A DNA stretch of 64,000 nucleotides from an uncultured delta proteobacterium. GTDB taxonomy: Bacteria; Myxococcota_A; Polyangia; Polyangiales; Polyangiaceae. How positions within the stretch are numbered: the first letter of the stretch is position 1; the number at the start of each line of letters is the position of its first letter. The position numbers and the translations under genes are program-made. Location: NCBI GenBank assembly GCA_963782055.1, contig CAWAIF010000003.1, positions 1,056,001-1,120,000 on the forward strand, in the 5' to 3' direction. This document shows, one piece after another, positions 19,221-32,665 of this stretch. The notes beneath the pieces were generated by a model. The model saw only the letters and a program-made list of their open reading frames with translations, was not told the origin of the DNA and made no database searches.

Positions 19221-21422
19221 GTGGAACATGCTCAACCGACGAGGATCGTGGAGGTGCTCCGCGCGCTGCCGGGCAAGGAGCTTGGCGCGCTCATCGACCG
19301 CCTCGGCATCCACATCGACTCGGCGAAGCGGCTGGACGAGCCGGCGCAGGTCGCCCGCGCCCTCGTCACCCTGCCGGACCTCCGCGACACCTCGCGCCTG
19401 CCGTCGGCCAGCGTGGAGCTGCTGCACCGCGTCGCCGAGGCGAAGGGAAGCCTGCTGGTCAGCGCGGTGCCGCCCTCGCTCCAGCCGCTCCTCGCGCGCG
19501 GGCTGATGTTCGCGCGCGGGACCGCGCGCAACGCCGAGCTGGTGCTCCCCACCGCGTACCTGGTGCAGCTTCGCTCGTGGGAGGGCGAGGACCCGCGAGG
19601 CGTCCGCGCGCTGCTCGCGCAGGCATCCTTCGAGACGATGAGCGCCATCGCCTCCTACTACCTGGGCCGGCCCGCCACGCCGCCGATCGCCCTGTCGCTG
19701 GAGGCGGCGTGGGAGGTGCTCGCCGACCCGGCCGCCCTCGCCAAGGAGGTGGAGCGCCTCGCCCCGTCGGAGCTGCGCGTGCTCGAGAAGATCGAGCAGG
19801 AGGGTGGGGAGGTGGACACCGAGGAGCTGCTGGAGATCGAGCGCGAGCCGCTCCGTCTGCGGACGGCGACGGGTGTGTCTCCCTCCCGGCGGGGCGTGGG
19901 CTCGGCGCTGGAGCGGCGCGGGTTCCTCATCCCCCTCCACCCCAACCGCCACGTCGTCCCGACCGAGGTGTCGCTCATCGTCTCCAAGGCGCGTCGCGCC
20001 GAGCGCGCCGCGCGTCGCGAGGAGGTCAAACGCTACGTCCTCTCCGGCGATCACGCGCCGCGCCGCGCGCGCTTCGCCCCGGACCCGGGGCCCATCGCGC
20101 TCGGACTGGCGGTCGCGGTGCGGGAGTCGCAAGGCGACGTCCGGCCGGCGGTGGGTACGCCCAAGTCGCTCGTCGCCAAGCTCGCGTCCCGCTTCGGGCG
20201 GGAGGCCAACCACGTCGCGCTCCTCGCCGCGCTCTCGCGCGCGGTCGGGCTGTGGGAGCCGTCCGCGCTGCTGGCGTCGTCGCCGCCGGGGTCGCTCGCC
20301 ATGTCCGACCTGCCGTCGCTGCTCTTCTCCGCCTGGCGCAGGGGCGGCGCGTGGGACGAGGCGCGCGAGGAGCCGGAGGTGCTGCGCCTGCAGCCGGACG
20401 CGCGCGACCCGAGCCCTGTCGGCGTGGTGCGAGAGACGGTGCTGGAGGCCTTGCTGGACCTGGGCGAGGGCTGGATCCCGTGGGTGGCCCTCGCGCGGTA
20501 TTTCCGGTCGGACCACCGCATGCCCGGCCTGACGCGGCTGTTTCGCCGCTGGGCGGACCGCTGCGGCCTCCCGCAGGCGGACCCCATCGCCATCGTGCGG
20601 CGCATCGTGCGCGAGAGCCTGCCCGCGCTGGGCATCCTCGACATGGGCGAGGACGAGGATCTCGCCGACGACGCGCCGGTCTCCCGCGTGGACGACGATC
20701 GCCTCACCGAGGCGGAGCGCGAGCAGCGCGCGACGGACCTCGTCACGGTGCTGCGTCTCACGCCGCGCGGCCGCTCGCTGCTCTCCGCGCGGACGGTGTC
20801 CAACGACGGCGCGCCGGCGAAGTTCCTCGACGCGCACGTGCTGCGGATCGGGTCGTCGACGCACGTGAGCGCGGTGCTCTCCATCGCGCCGCTGGTGGAG
20901 GTGGCGCGCGCGGCGGAGACCCTGGATCTCATCGTCGCGCCGCAGACACTGGCGCGCGCGCTCTCCGCGGGGCTGGAGGCGGACCTGTTGCGGCAGCGGC
21001 TGGAGGCGGTCGCGCATCTGCCCGACAGCCTCTCCAAGACGCTCGCGCAGGCGAGCGTCGTGCTGGGCCGCGCCACCTTCACGGCGGGCTCCGGCTTCCT
21101 CTGGGTGGAGGACGCCAACCTGCGCGAGCTGCTGCGCACGCGCCGCGCGACGGCGGAGCTGTTCGTGGACCCGTCGCCGCCCGGCGGGCTGCTGGTGGTG
21201 GCGGGGGTGGACGTGGATCGACTGTCGCGGCGGTGCCGCACGGTGGGGATCGAGATCCTGGTGGACGGCCAGGTGGTGCGCGCGCGGAGCATTCCGCCGG
21301 GGGGCGTCACGCCGCCGCCGGGGAAGGTGTCGCCGGTGCCGCGGAAGCTGACGCCGGGGGAGGGGACGCGGAGGCGGTCGTCGCAGGTGAAGGTGCAGGT
21401 GCCGCGGAAGGGCGGGAGCTAG
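19221..21422 (+). CDS. Large protein with a C-terminal helicase-associated (Helicase_C_3 / XPB N-terminal-like) domain
   Basis: Probable GTG 19221. The segment PQTLARALSAGLEADLLRQRLEAVAHLPDSL resembles Helicase_C_3; no Walker motifs. Confidence 0.7.
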   Translation: MEHAQPTRIVEVLRALPGKELGALIDRLGIHIDSAKRLDEPAQVARALVTLPDLRDTSRLPSASVELLHRVAEAKGSLLVSAVPPSLQPLLARGLMFARGTARNAELVLPTAYLVQLRSWEGEDPRGVRALLAQASFETMSAIASYYLGRPATPPIALSLEAAWEVLADPAALAKEVERLAPSELRVLEKIEQEGGEVDTEELLEIEREPLRLRTATGVSPSRRGVGSALERRGFLIPLHPNRHVVPTEVSLIVSKARRAERAARREEVKRYVLSGDHAPRRARFAPDPGPIALGLAVAVRESQGDVRPAVGTPKSLVAKLASRFGREANHVALLAALSRAVGLWEPSALLASSPPGSLAMSDLPSLLFSAWRRGGAWDEAREEPEVLRLQPDARDPSPVGVVRETVLEALLDLGEGWIPWVALARYFRSDHRMPGLTRLFRRWADRCGLPQADPIAIVRRIVRESLPALGILDMGEDEDLADDAPVSRVDDDRLTEAEREQRATDLVTVLRLTPRGRSLLSARTVSNDGAPAKFLDAHVLRIGSSTHVSAVLSIAPLVEVARAAETLDLIVAPQTLARALSAGLEADLLRQRLEAVAHLPDSLSKTLAQASVVLGRATFTAGSGFLWVEDANLRELLRTRRATAELFVDPSPPGGLLVVAGVDVDRLSRRCRTVGIEILVDGQVVRARSIPPGGVTPPPGKVSPVPRKLTPGEGTRRRSSQVKVQVPRKGGS

Positions 21423-21536
21423 TCTCTCTCGCACGGACTCGTCGCGGGGAAGGAACGCGCCGCGGCGGACTCTCTTACACACGAAGAGCCGCAATTTTCC
21501 GCAGATCCTCGCCGCTTCGCGCGCGTACGAGCGGGG

Positions 21537-22841
21537 ATGAAGAAGCTTCTCGTCCTCCTCGCGCTCGCCGCCGTCGCCCTGCCGGCGTGCGCGCACACCG
21601 TCACCCCGCACGCGGTCGACGCGCTCGTCGTCGCGCCAGCGAAGGCGCAGGAGCGACTGCCGACGCCCAGGCTGCTCGCCGCGCTCGGGTCGAAGATGCT
21701 GCCCGCTTCGCGTGACTCGGTCGTCATCGCGCGCCTCACGCTGGACAGCGAGTCCGACGCCAAGGTCGCGCGGCCTCCGCTCAACGTCGCCCTCTGCATC
21801 GACACCTCCGGATCCATGGACGGCAAGGCGATCGAGGACGCGCGCAAGGCGGCGCAGACGTTCCTCGACGGCCTGCGGCCGGGCGACGGCTTCTCCGTCG
21901 TCACCTTCGACTCCACCGCGCGCGTGGTGGTGCCCGCCACCCACCTGCGCGACAAGGCGGAGCTGGCGGACGTTCGCAAGAGCATCGACGGCATCCACGC
22001 GGAGGGCACGACCGACATGGTGGACGGGCTCTCCCTCGCGGTGCAGCAGGTGGAGAAGCTCTACGACGCGTCGCGTGTGAACCGCGTGGTGCTCCTGGGT
22101 GACGGCGTGCCGAACGACGCCAGCCGGCTGCGGACGATCGCGCAGCAGGCCGCCGGGCGCGGGGTGAGCATCTCCACCGTCGGCCTGGGCCTGGACTACG
22201 ACGAGATCCTGATGGGCGACATCGCCCAGACCGCCGGCGGCCGCTTCGAGTACGTCGACGACTCCTCGAAGATCGCCTCGTACTTCGCCGAGGAGCTCTC
22301 GCACATCAGCCGCGTCTCGGCGCGCCAGGCGCGGGTGCGCCTCTCCCCCGGGCCGGGCGTCACCATCGAGGGCGTCATCGGCTTCCCCGTCTCGCCCGCC
22401 GGCGCCGGGGCGGTGGACGTGTACGTCGGCGACCTCAGCCTGGGCACCAGGCGGGACCTCTTCGTGAAGATGCGCGTCCACGGCCGCCGGGACGGCGCCT
22501 CGGTGGAGCTCGCCGACGCGACGCTCTCCTTCACCGCGTCCGACGGCACGCCGGGCAGCGACCACGTCTTCCTCGGCGCGCACTCGTCGGGCGAGGACGC
22601 GAAGGTCGCCGCCGGACGTGACGCGAGCGTGGAGCACGACGCGAAGAAGGCGCAGCAGGCCGCCGACGCGATCGAGGCGATTCGCAAGGCCCGCGAGTCG
22701 GACCGCGCCTCCAGCGGCGCCGCGGGGCTCGGCGGGGGCGGCGGCGTGAAGCGTCCGGTCGCGCCACGCCCCCCGCCCATGGCCCCCGCGCAGGTCAAGC
22801 GCGAGCACGCCGCCGCCATGAGCACCCTCATGGGCGAGTGA
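21537..22841 (+). CDS. VWA-domain lipoprotein
   Basis: Lipobox LPAC; MIDAS DTSGS; LLGDG and STVGLG motifs. Confidence 0.9.
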   Translation: MKKLLVLLALAAVALPACAHTVTPHAVDALVVAPAKAQERLPTPRLLAALGSKMLPASRDSVVIARLTLDSESDAKVARPPLNVALCIDTSGSMDGKAIEDARKAAQTFLDGLRPGDGFSVVTFDSTARVVVPATHLRDKAELADVRKSIDGIHAEGTTDMVDGLSLAVQQVEKLYDASRVNRVVLLGDGVPNDASRLRTIAQQAAGRGVSISTVGLGLDYDEILMGDIAQTAGGRFEYVDDSSKIASYFAEELSHISRVSARQARVRLSPGPGVTIEGVIGFPVSPAGAGAVDVYVGDLSLGTRRDLFVKMRVHGRRDGASVELADATLSFTASDGTPGSDHVFLGAHSSGEDAKVAAGRDASVEHDAKKAQQAADAIEAIRKARESDRASSGAAGLGGGGGVKRPVAPRPPPMAPAQVKREHAAAMSTLMGE

Positions 22842-22859
22842 GGCCGCGCGCGTCGCGCT

Positions 22860-23779
22860 TCAAAGCGCGCGCCGGACGAAGATCTCTTCCAGCGTCTCGC
22901 GTCGCGGTGTCAGGCTCTGCACCTGCGCGCCGCGCGCGTGCGCGAGGTCCATCACCTTGCGGACATCCTCGTAGCCGTCCACCTCGACGACGTGGGCCGA
23001 GCCCATCGCGCGGCCGGGGAAGCCGGCCTGCTCCAGCGCGGCCACGCACTCCTCCGACGCGCCGGTGAGGGCGATCTCGCTGCGCGCGCCCGTCGCGCGG
23101 AGCAGCTCGGTGAGCTTCCCCGACTCCACGACCTCGCCCTTGCGCAGGATGCACACGCGGTCGCAGAGCATCTCCACGTCGGAGAGGATGTGGGTCGAGA
23201 AGAAGACGGTCTTGCCGCGCCCTCGCTCCTCCAGGATGAGATCCCGCACGTCCTTGCGGCCGACGGGGTCGAGCCCGCTCATCGGCTCGTCCAGGATGAG
23301 CAGGTCCGGGTCGTGCACGAGCGCCGAGGCGAGGCCGACCCGCTGGCCCATGCCCTTGGAGAGGGCGCGCACCGGCCTGTCGATGGCATCGCTCATCCCG
23401 ACCCGCGCGATCACCTCCTCGACGCGGCGGCCGAGATCCTTGCCCGGGACGCCGCTCAGGCGCCCGCACAAGCTCACGAACTCCCGCGGGGTGAGGTACG
23501 GGTAGACGTACGGGTTCTCCGGCAAGAAGCCCACGCGCTCCATCGCGGCGGGGGAGGGGGCCTCCCGCCCGAAGACGCGCGCGCTGCCGGAGGTGGGGAA
23601 GATCAACCCGGTGAGCATCTTGATGCTCGTCGTCTTGCCGGCGCCGTTGGGGCCGACGAAGCCGAAGACCTCCCCCTGCTTCACCTCCAGCGACACGCCG
23701 CGCACCGCCTCCACCTTCCGGCCGGAGAAGGGCTTGCGGAAGGTCTTGCTCAGCTTCTCGGTGACGAGGACCGGCTCGC

Positions 23780-23783
<4 letters not shown>
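22860..23783 (-). CDS. ABC transporter ATP-binding protein (ABC-2/PilH-like)
   Basis: [14 protein letters not shown] signature, LILDEP, STH motifs. Confidence 0.93.
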
Positions 23784-25194
<1,411 letters not shown>

Positions 25195-25347
25195 CGCGGG
25201 GAGCATAGATCGAAGGGCTCGAGCGCGCCGACCCTGAACCGCCCGCGACCGCCTCGCGGGGCCCCGGGGGCGCCGGGACCGGCCGCGTAAAAGGGGCCTT
25301 TTCCCTTTTTCACCTCATCAAAAAGGGTGTTACAACCTCGGCTCAGC

Positions 25348-27609
25348 ATGAACAGGCACTCCGCTTTCTCCCGGTGTGTTGTTGGCTCGATCCCTGGGCT
25401 CCTCGCCCTCGGCCTCGTGTCGAGTCCGGCGTACGCGCAGAAGATCACCTTCGGAGGCGGGGGTGCTGCACAGCCCTCCGGCAACGCCGCGACCGGCTCG
25501 GCCGGCGCGGCGGCACCGAAGCCTGCCGCCACCAAGGCGCCGCCGCCCGCCGCGACGCCCAAGACGGGCACCACCGAGAAGGTGGAGGAGACTCCGGAGA
25601 CGTCCGAGTGGAGCGACCGCGACAGCGCCGCGGACGAGGCGGCCTCGCTGCCCGGCGGCCTGGGGCTGCTGCACGTCGAGCACGCGCAGCCCGGCAAGTC
25701 CGGGCAGTTCCGCCTGGCGTTCACGCCCGAGTTCTTCTCGGCGAGCTTCCAGTGCACCTCGGTCTACCCGTGCCCCAACCCGAACGGCGGGGACGCGCTG
25801 ACCAGCGGCACCAGCACCAACCACATCGGCGGCACCATCGCCGTCGGCGTCTCCATCCTGGACTGGCTGGAGGCCTACGCGTCGACGGGTGCCTACGCCA
25901 ACTCCAACGACGCCAACCGCCCGTCCCTGCTGCAGGTGCTCGGCGACACCACCTTTGGCGTCAAGGGTGCCTACGACTTCAAGACCAAGTGGCTGTGGGT
26001 GGGCTTCGCCCCCGAGCTGCACCTCGTCAACGGCACCGGCTCCGTCGGCCTCAGCGGCTCCGGCACCGGCGCGCGCTTCCCGCTGCTCGCGACGATGGAC
26101 ATGCGCCAGATGAAGAAGCGCATCCCCCTGCGCGTCAGCCTCAACCTCGCCTACAACGTGGACAACTCCGGCGAGGTCGTGACCGACACCGAGGCCGCGC
26201 GCGGCACGCCCGACTCCCCCCAGCCGATCACCCGGATCGAGCGCTTCGGCCTGAAGATCAACCGCGTCGATCACTTCGACATCGGCCTGGGCGCCGAGAC
26301 GTTCCTGGTGCACGACCGCATCCGGCCCTTCGTCGAGTTCTCGATGCTCGCGCCGATCAACCGCCAGGGCTACGCCTGCCACACCAACAACCCGAGCAGC
26401 GACAACTGCCTCGCCTCCGACACCGTGATCCCGACGACCCTGACCCTCGGCGGCCGCTTCTACCCGTGGAAGCGCGGCTTCAGCCTGCTGGCGGCGGTGG
26501 ACATCGGCATGACCGGCGTCGCCAACTTCATCGAGGAGATCGCCCCCAACGCCCCGTACACCGTCTACCTCGGCGCCGGCTGGGCCATCGACACCTGGGA
26601 GCGCCCGCCGGTCGAGAAGACGAAGATGGTGGAGAAGGTGGTGGCCGCCACGCCGCCGCCGGAGGCCAAGATCAAGGGCTTCGTCCACGAGAAGGACAAG
26701 ACCGACGTCGCCGTGCCCAACGCGATCGTCGCGTGGGACAACCACCCCGAGCTGACCTCCCTCGTCGCCGGCGCGGACGGCCACTTCATCACGCAGTCGC
26801 TGCCCGTCGGCAAGTACACCTTCGCCGTCAAGGGCGACGGCTACAAGGACGGCTCCTGCGCCGCCGCGGTGCAGGCCGCCGGCAAGGACGTGACGATCGA
26901 CTGCCCGCTGGAGGCGCTCCCCCGCGTCGGCACCCTCGTGGGGCACGTGCGCGACGCCGAGAGCAACGCCCCGGTGCCCAACGCGACGGTCAAGCTGAAG
27001 GACGCGTCGGGCAAGGAGCTGCAGGTCACCGCGGACTCCGGCGGCGGCTACAAGTTCGAGGGCGTCGCCCCCGGCAATGGCTCGCTCTCGGTCGAGGCCG
27101 ATGACTACCTGAGCTTCGTCGAGCCGGCGGACGTCAAGGTCCGCCAGGAAGTGACGACCGACGCGATCATCCGCAAGCGGCCGAAGAAGTCGCTGGTCCG
27201 GGTCACCAAGAAGGAGATCCAGATCAAGCAGCAGATCCAGTTCGCGCTGGATCAGGCCGTCATCCTTCCGGAGTCGGTCCCGCTGCTGACCGAGATCGCC
27301 GACGTGCTCATCCACAACCCGGAGATCAAGCGCGTCGAGATCCAGGGCCACACCGACAACTCCGGTACGCCGGCGCACAACCAGACGCTCAGCGAGCAGC
27401 GGGCGGACTCGGTCAAGACCTGGCTGCAGCAGCACGGCGTGAACACCGAGCTGGAGGCGAAGGGCTACGGCCAGACCCGCCCGCTGGTGCCCAACGTCAC
27501 CGCCGCCAACAAGGCGAAGAACCGCCGCGTCCAGTTCATCATCCTGGAGCGCGAGGGTGCGGCCCCGGCCGCCGGTGGCGCGAAGCACCGCCAGCCCCCG
27601 CCGTTCTGA
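25348..27609 (+). CDS. OmpA-family protein (N-terminal barrel-like region, two carboxypeptidase-regulatory-like domains, OmpA C domain)
   Basis: Signal peptide; IQGHTDN..N..LSEQRA..V; GYG; NRRVQF. Confidence 0.9.
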   Translation: MNRHSAFSRCVVGSIPGLLALGLVSSPAYAQKITFGGGGAAQPSGNAATGSAGAAAPKPAATKAPPPAATPKTGTTEKVEETPETSEWSDRDSAADEAASLPGGLGLLHVEHAQPGKSGQFRLAFTPEFFSASFQCTSVYPCPNPNGGDALTSGTSTNHIGGTIAVGVSILDWLEAYASTGAYANSNDANRPSLLQVLGDTTFGVKGAYDFKTKWLWVGFAPELHLVNGTGSVGLSGSGTGARFPLLATMDMRQMKKRIPLRVSLNLAYNVDNSGEVVTDTEAARGTPDSPQPITRIERFGLKINRVDHFDIGLGAETFLVHDRIRPFVEFSMLAPINRQGYACHTNNPSSDNCLASDTVIPTTLTLGGRFYPWKRGFSLLAAVDIGMTGVANFIEEIAPNAPYTVYLGAGWAIDTWERPPVEKTKMVEKVVAATPPPEAKIKGFVHEKDKTDVAVPNAIVAWDNHPELTSLVAGADGHFITQSLPVGKYTFAVKGDGYKDGSCAAAVQAAGKDVTIDCPLEALPRVGTLVGHVRDAESNAPVPNATVKLKDASGKELQVTADSGGGYKFEGVAPGNGSLSVEADDYLSFVEPADVKVRQEVTTDAIIRKRPKKSLVRVTKKEIQIKQQIQFALDQAVILPESVPLLTEIADVLIHNPEIKRVEIQGHTDNSGTPAHNQTLSEQRADSVKTWLQQHGVNTELEAKGYGQTRPLVPNVTAANKAKNRRVQFIILEREGAAPAAGGAKHRQPPPF

Positions 27610-27610
27610 G

Positions 27611-27650
27611 CCTCACCCCCCGGCCCCCTCTCCACTTCGTGGCGAGGGGG
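27611..27650 (+). repeat. REP-like palindromic element, copy 2
   Basis: CCTCACCCCCCGG-CCCCCTCTCCAC-TTC-GTGGCGAGGGGG between convergent genes. Confidence 0.75.
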
Positions 27651-27667
27651 AGGAGGAAGAGGCCCGC

Positions 27668-29545
<1,878 letters not shown>

Positions 29546-29657
29546 TCAAAGGTCGGGGCCGTCAAGGGCCCGCGGGTCGCGGCCGGCACCGAGGCCCGGC
29601 CGGCGAGCCCGGGGACCGGCCGGCTCGGGGGGCCGGAAACAAGGCGTCAGGTCACTC

Positions 29658-29686
29658 TTGATTACGCCCTACATCGGAGCTATCTT
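29658..29686 (+). promoter_or_regulatory. Sigma70-type promoter of the rimP operon
   Basis: TTGATT-N17-TATCTT. Confidence 0.65.
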
Positions 29687-29711
29687 CCGCGCCCCAGTTG
29701 GTGGTTTTGTG

Positions 29712-29747
29712 ACGCGGACCCCAATCCGGGGCGCCGCGTTTTTTTTT
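29712..29747 (+). terminator. Leader terminator/attenuator upstream of rimP (rimP-leader-like)
   Basis: ACGCGG-ACCCC-AATCC-GGGG-CG-CCGCGT hairpin plus T9, between the promoter and the rimP ATG. Confidence 0.75.
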
Positions 29748-29769
29748 CCCCCTGTCTCCGTTCCAACCG

Positions 29770-30345
29770 ATGACCCACGCTTTTCGCTCCTCTCCCGACA
29801 CGCTCGGCGGCGCGCTCCGGCTCGACCGCGCGAAGCTGCTGTCCATCGTGGAGCCGGTGGCGCGCGCGCACGGGGCGGAGATCAGCGACGTGGAGCTCAC
29901 CAACGAGGGCGGCTGGATCCTGCGCGTCTTCGTCGAGAAGGCGGGGAGCGCGGCCCGCAAGGCCACCACGCAAGAGGCGGCGGTGGACCTCGAGCTCTGC
30001 GCGGGCCTCGCGCGCGACCTCTCCCCCGCGCTGGACGTGGCGGACCTCATTCCGGCTCGCTACCACCTGGAGGTCAGCTCCCCGGGCGTCGAACGTCCTC
30101 TTCGCGACGAGTCGGACTTCGACCGCTTCGCCGGTCAGAAGGCCAAGCTCAAGCTTCGCACGCCGGTCTCGGGACAGAAGGTCCTGGTCGGCGTGATCTC
30201 CGCGCCCACCGGCGGCAAGGTCCTCGTCGAGGACGGCGGGCGCAGCCACGAGGTCTCGCTCGACGACGTCGAGTGGGCTCGCCTCGTCTTCGAATTCGGG
30301 CCGGCGCCCAAACCCGGAAAAGGCCCGCGCGCCGGGCGCAGATAA
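29770..30345 (+). CDS. rimP: Ribosome maturation factor RimP
   Basis: [30 protein letters not shown]. Confidence 0.96.
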   Translation: MTHAFRSSPDTLGGALRLDRAKLLSIVEPVARAHGAEISDVELTNEGGWILRVFVEKAGSAARKATTQEAAVDLELCAGLARDLSPALDVADLIPARYHLEVSSPGVERPLRDESDFDRFAGQKAKLKLRTPVSGQKVLVGVISAPTGGKVLVEDGGRSHEVSLDDVEWARLVFEFGPAPKPGKGPRAGRR

Positions 30346-30366
30346 CGAGTGTCACCGAGGTAATCC

Positions 30367-32004
<1,638 letters not shown>

Positions 32005-32014
32005 CCCGAACGTC

Positions 32015-32665
32015 ATGATGACCGAGCAATCCCAGCACCGCAGCCGCGCCGAGGAGGCCGGGGACGCGACGTCCTCGCCCGCGCGCACGCGTCTGTGCGT
32101 GGGGTGCGGCCAGCGGAGCGCGCCGGAGGAGCTCGTCCGCGTCGTGCTCGGCCCGGAGGGTCAGGTGGCGGTGGACATGGCCGGAGGCGCCTTCGGCCGC
32201 GGGGCCCACGTCCACCCGGCACGGAGTTGTATGATGCAAGCATGTCGCGCGGGCCTGGCCCGGGCGTTCAAGCAGAAGGTGGTCGCGACGCCCGAGGACC
32301 TGGGCGCGCAGATCGTCGCCGGGTGCGAGCGCCGCGTGGCCGGGCTGCTGCTCGGCGCCCGGCGCGCCAACCAGCTCGCCGTCGGGGCGGACGCCGCCAT
32401 CGAGGCGCTCGGGCGCGGCGCGCCGCTGCTGCTCCTGGCCACCGACGCCGCCACCATCGCCAAGCGAGCCGAAGTGGCCCGCGCCGCGGCCGACGGCAAG
32501 GCGGTGGCCTTCGGCACGAAGCAACGGCTCGGTGAGCTGCTCGGCAAGGACGAGATCGCCGTCGTCGCCGTGCTCCACGCCGGCATCGCTGACAGCGTGT
32601 CGTCCTCCGTCCGCCTCGCGGGCAGGGTCGCCACGTATTCGAGTAGTAGTCTGGAGGATCGATGA
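32015..32665 (+). CDS. ylxR: YlxR (DUF448) - L7Ae/YlxQ fusion protein
   Basis: RLCVGC..ELVRVV..GRGAH N-domain followed by an L7Ae-like half (LLLLATDA, GTKQRLGELLGK); between nusA and infB. Confidence 0.85.
   Translation: MMTEQSQHRSRAEEAGDATSSPARTRLCVGCGQRSAPEELVRVVLGPEGQVAVDMAGGAFGRGAHVHPARSCMMQACRAGLARAFKQKVVATPEDLGAQIVAGCERRVAGLLLGARRANQLAVGADAAIEALGRGAPLLLLATDAATIAKRAEVARAAADGKAVAFGTKQRLGELLGKDEIAVVAVLHAGIADSVSSSVRLAGRVATYSSSSLEDR

Noticed and set aside
17749..21422. Type III restriction-modification system
   Set aside because: The neighbouring large ORF has no helicase ATPase or PD-(D/E)xK motifs that I could find.
18990..22808. 1272-aa antisense ORF, and similar ones at 50450..54280, 25330..27588, 32161..34797 and 62496..63908
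   Set aside because: Mirror frames of real genes, expected from high-GC3 codon bias; no motifs.
22828..23779. C-terminal extension of the sigma54 regulator
   Set aside because: Out-of-frame read-through of the ABC gene caused by the G7 tract.
25289..25327. A/T-tract inverted repeats upstream of the OmpA gene
   Set aside because: Short and low-complexity; probably promoter-region sequence, and I cannot assign a function.
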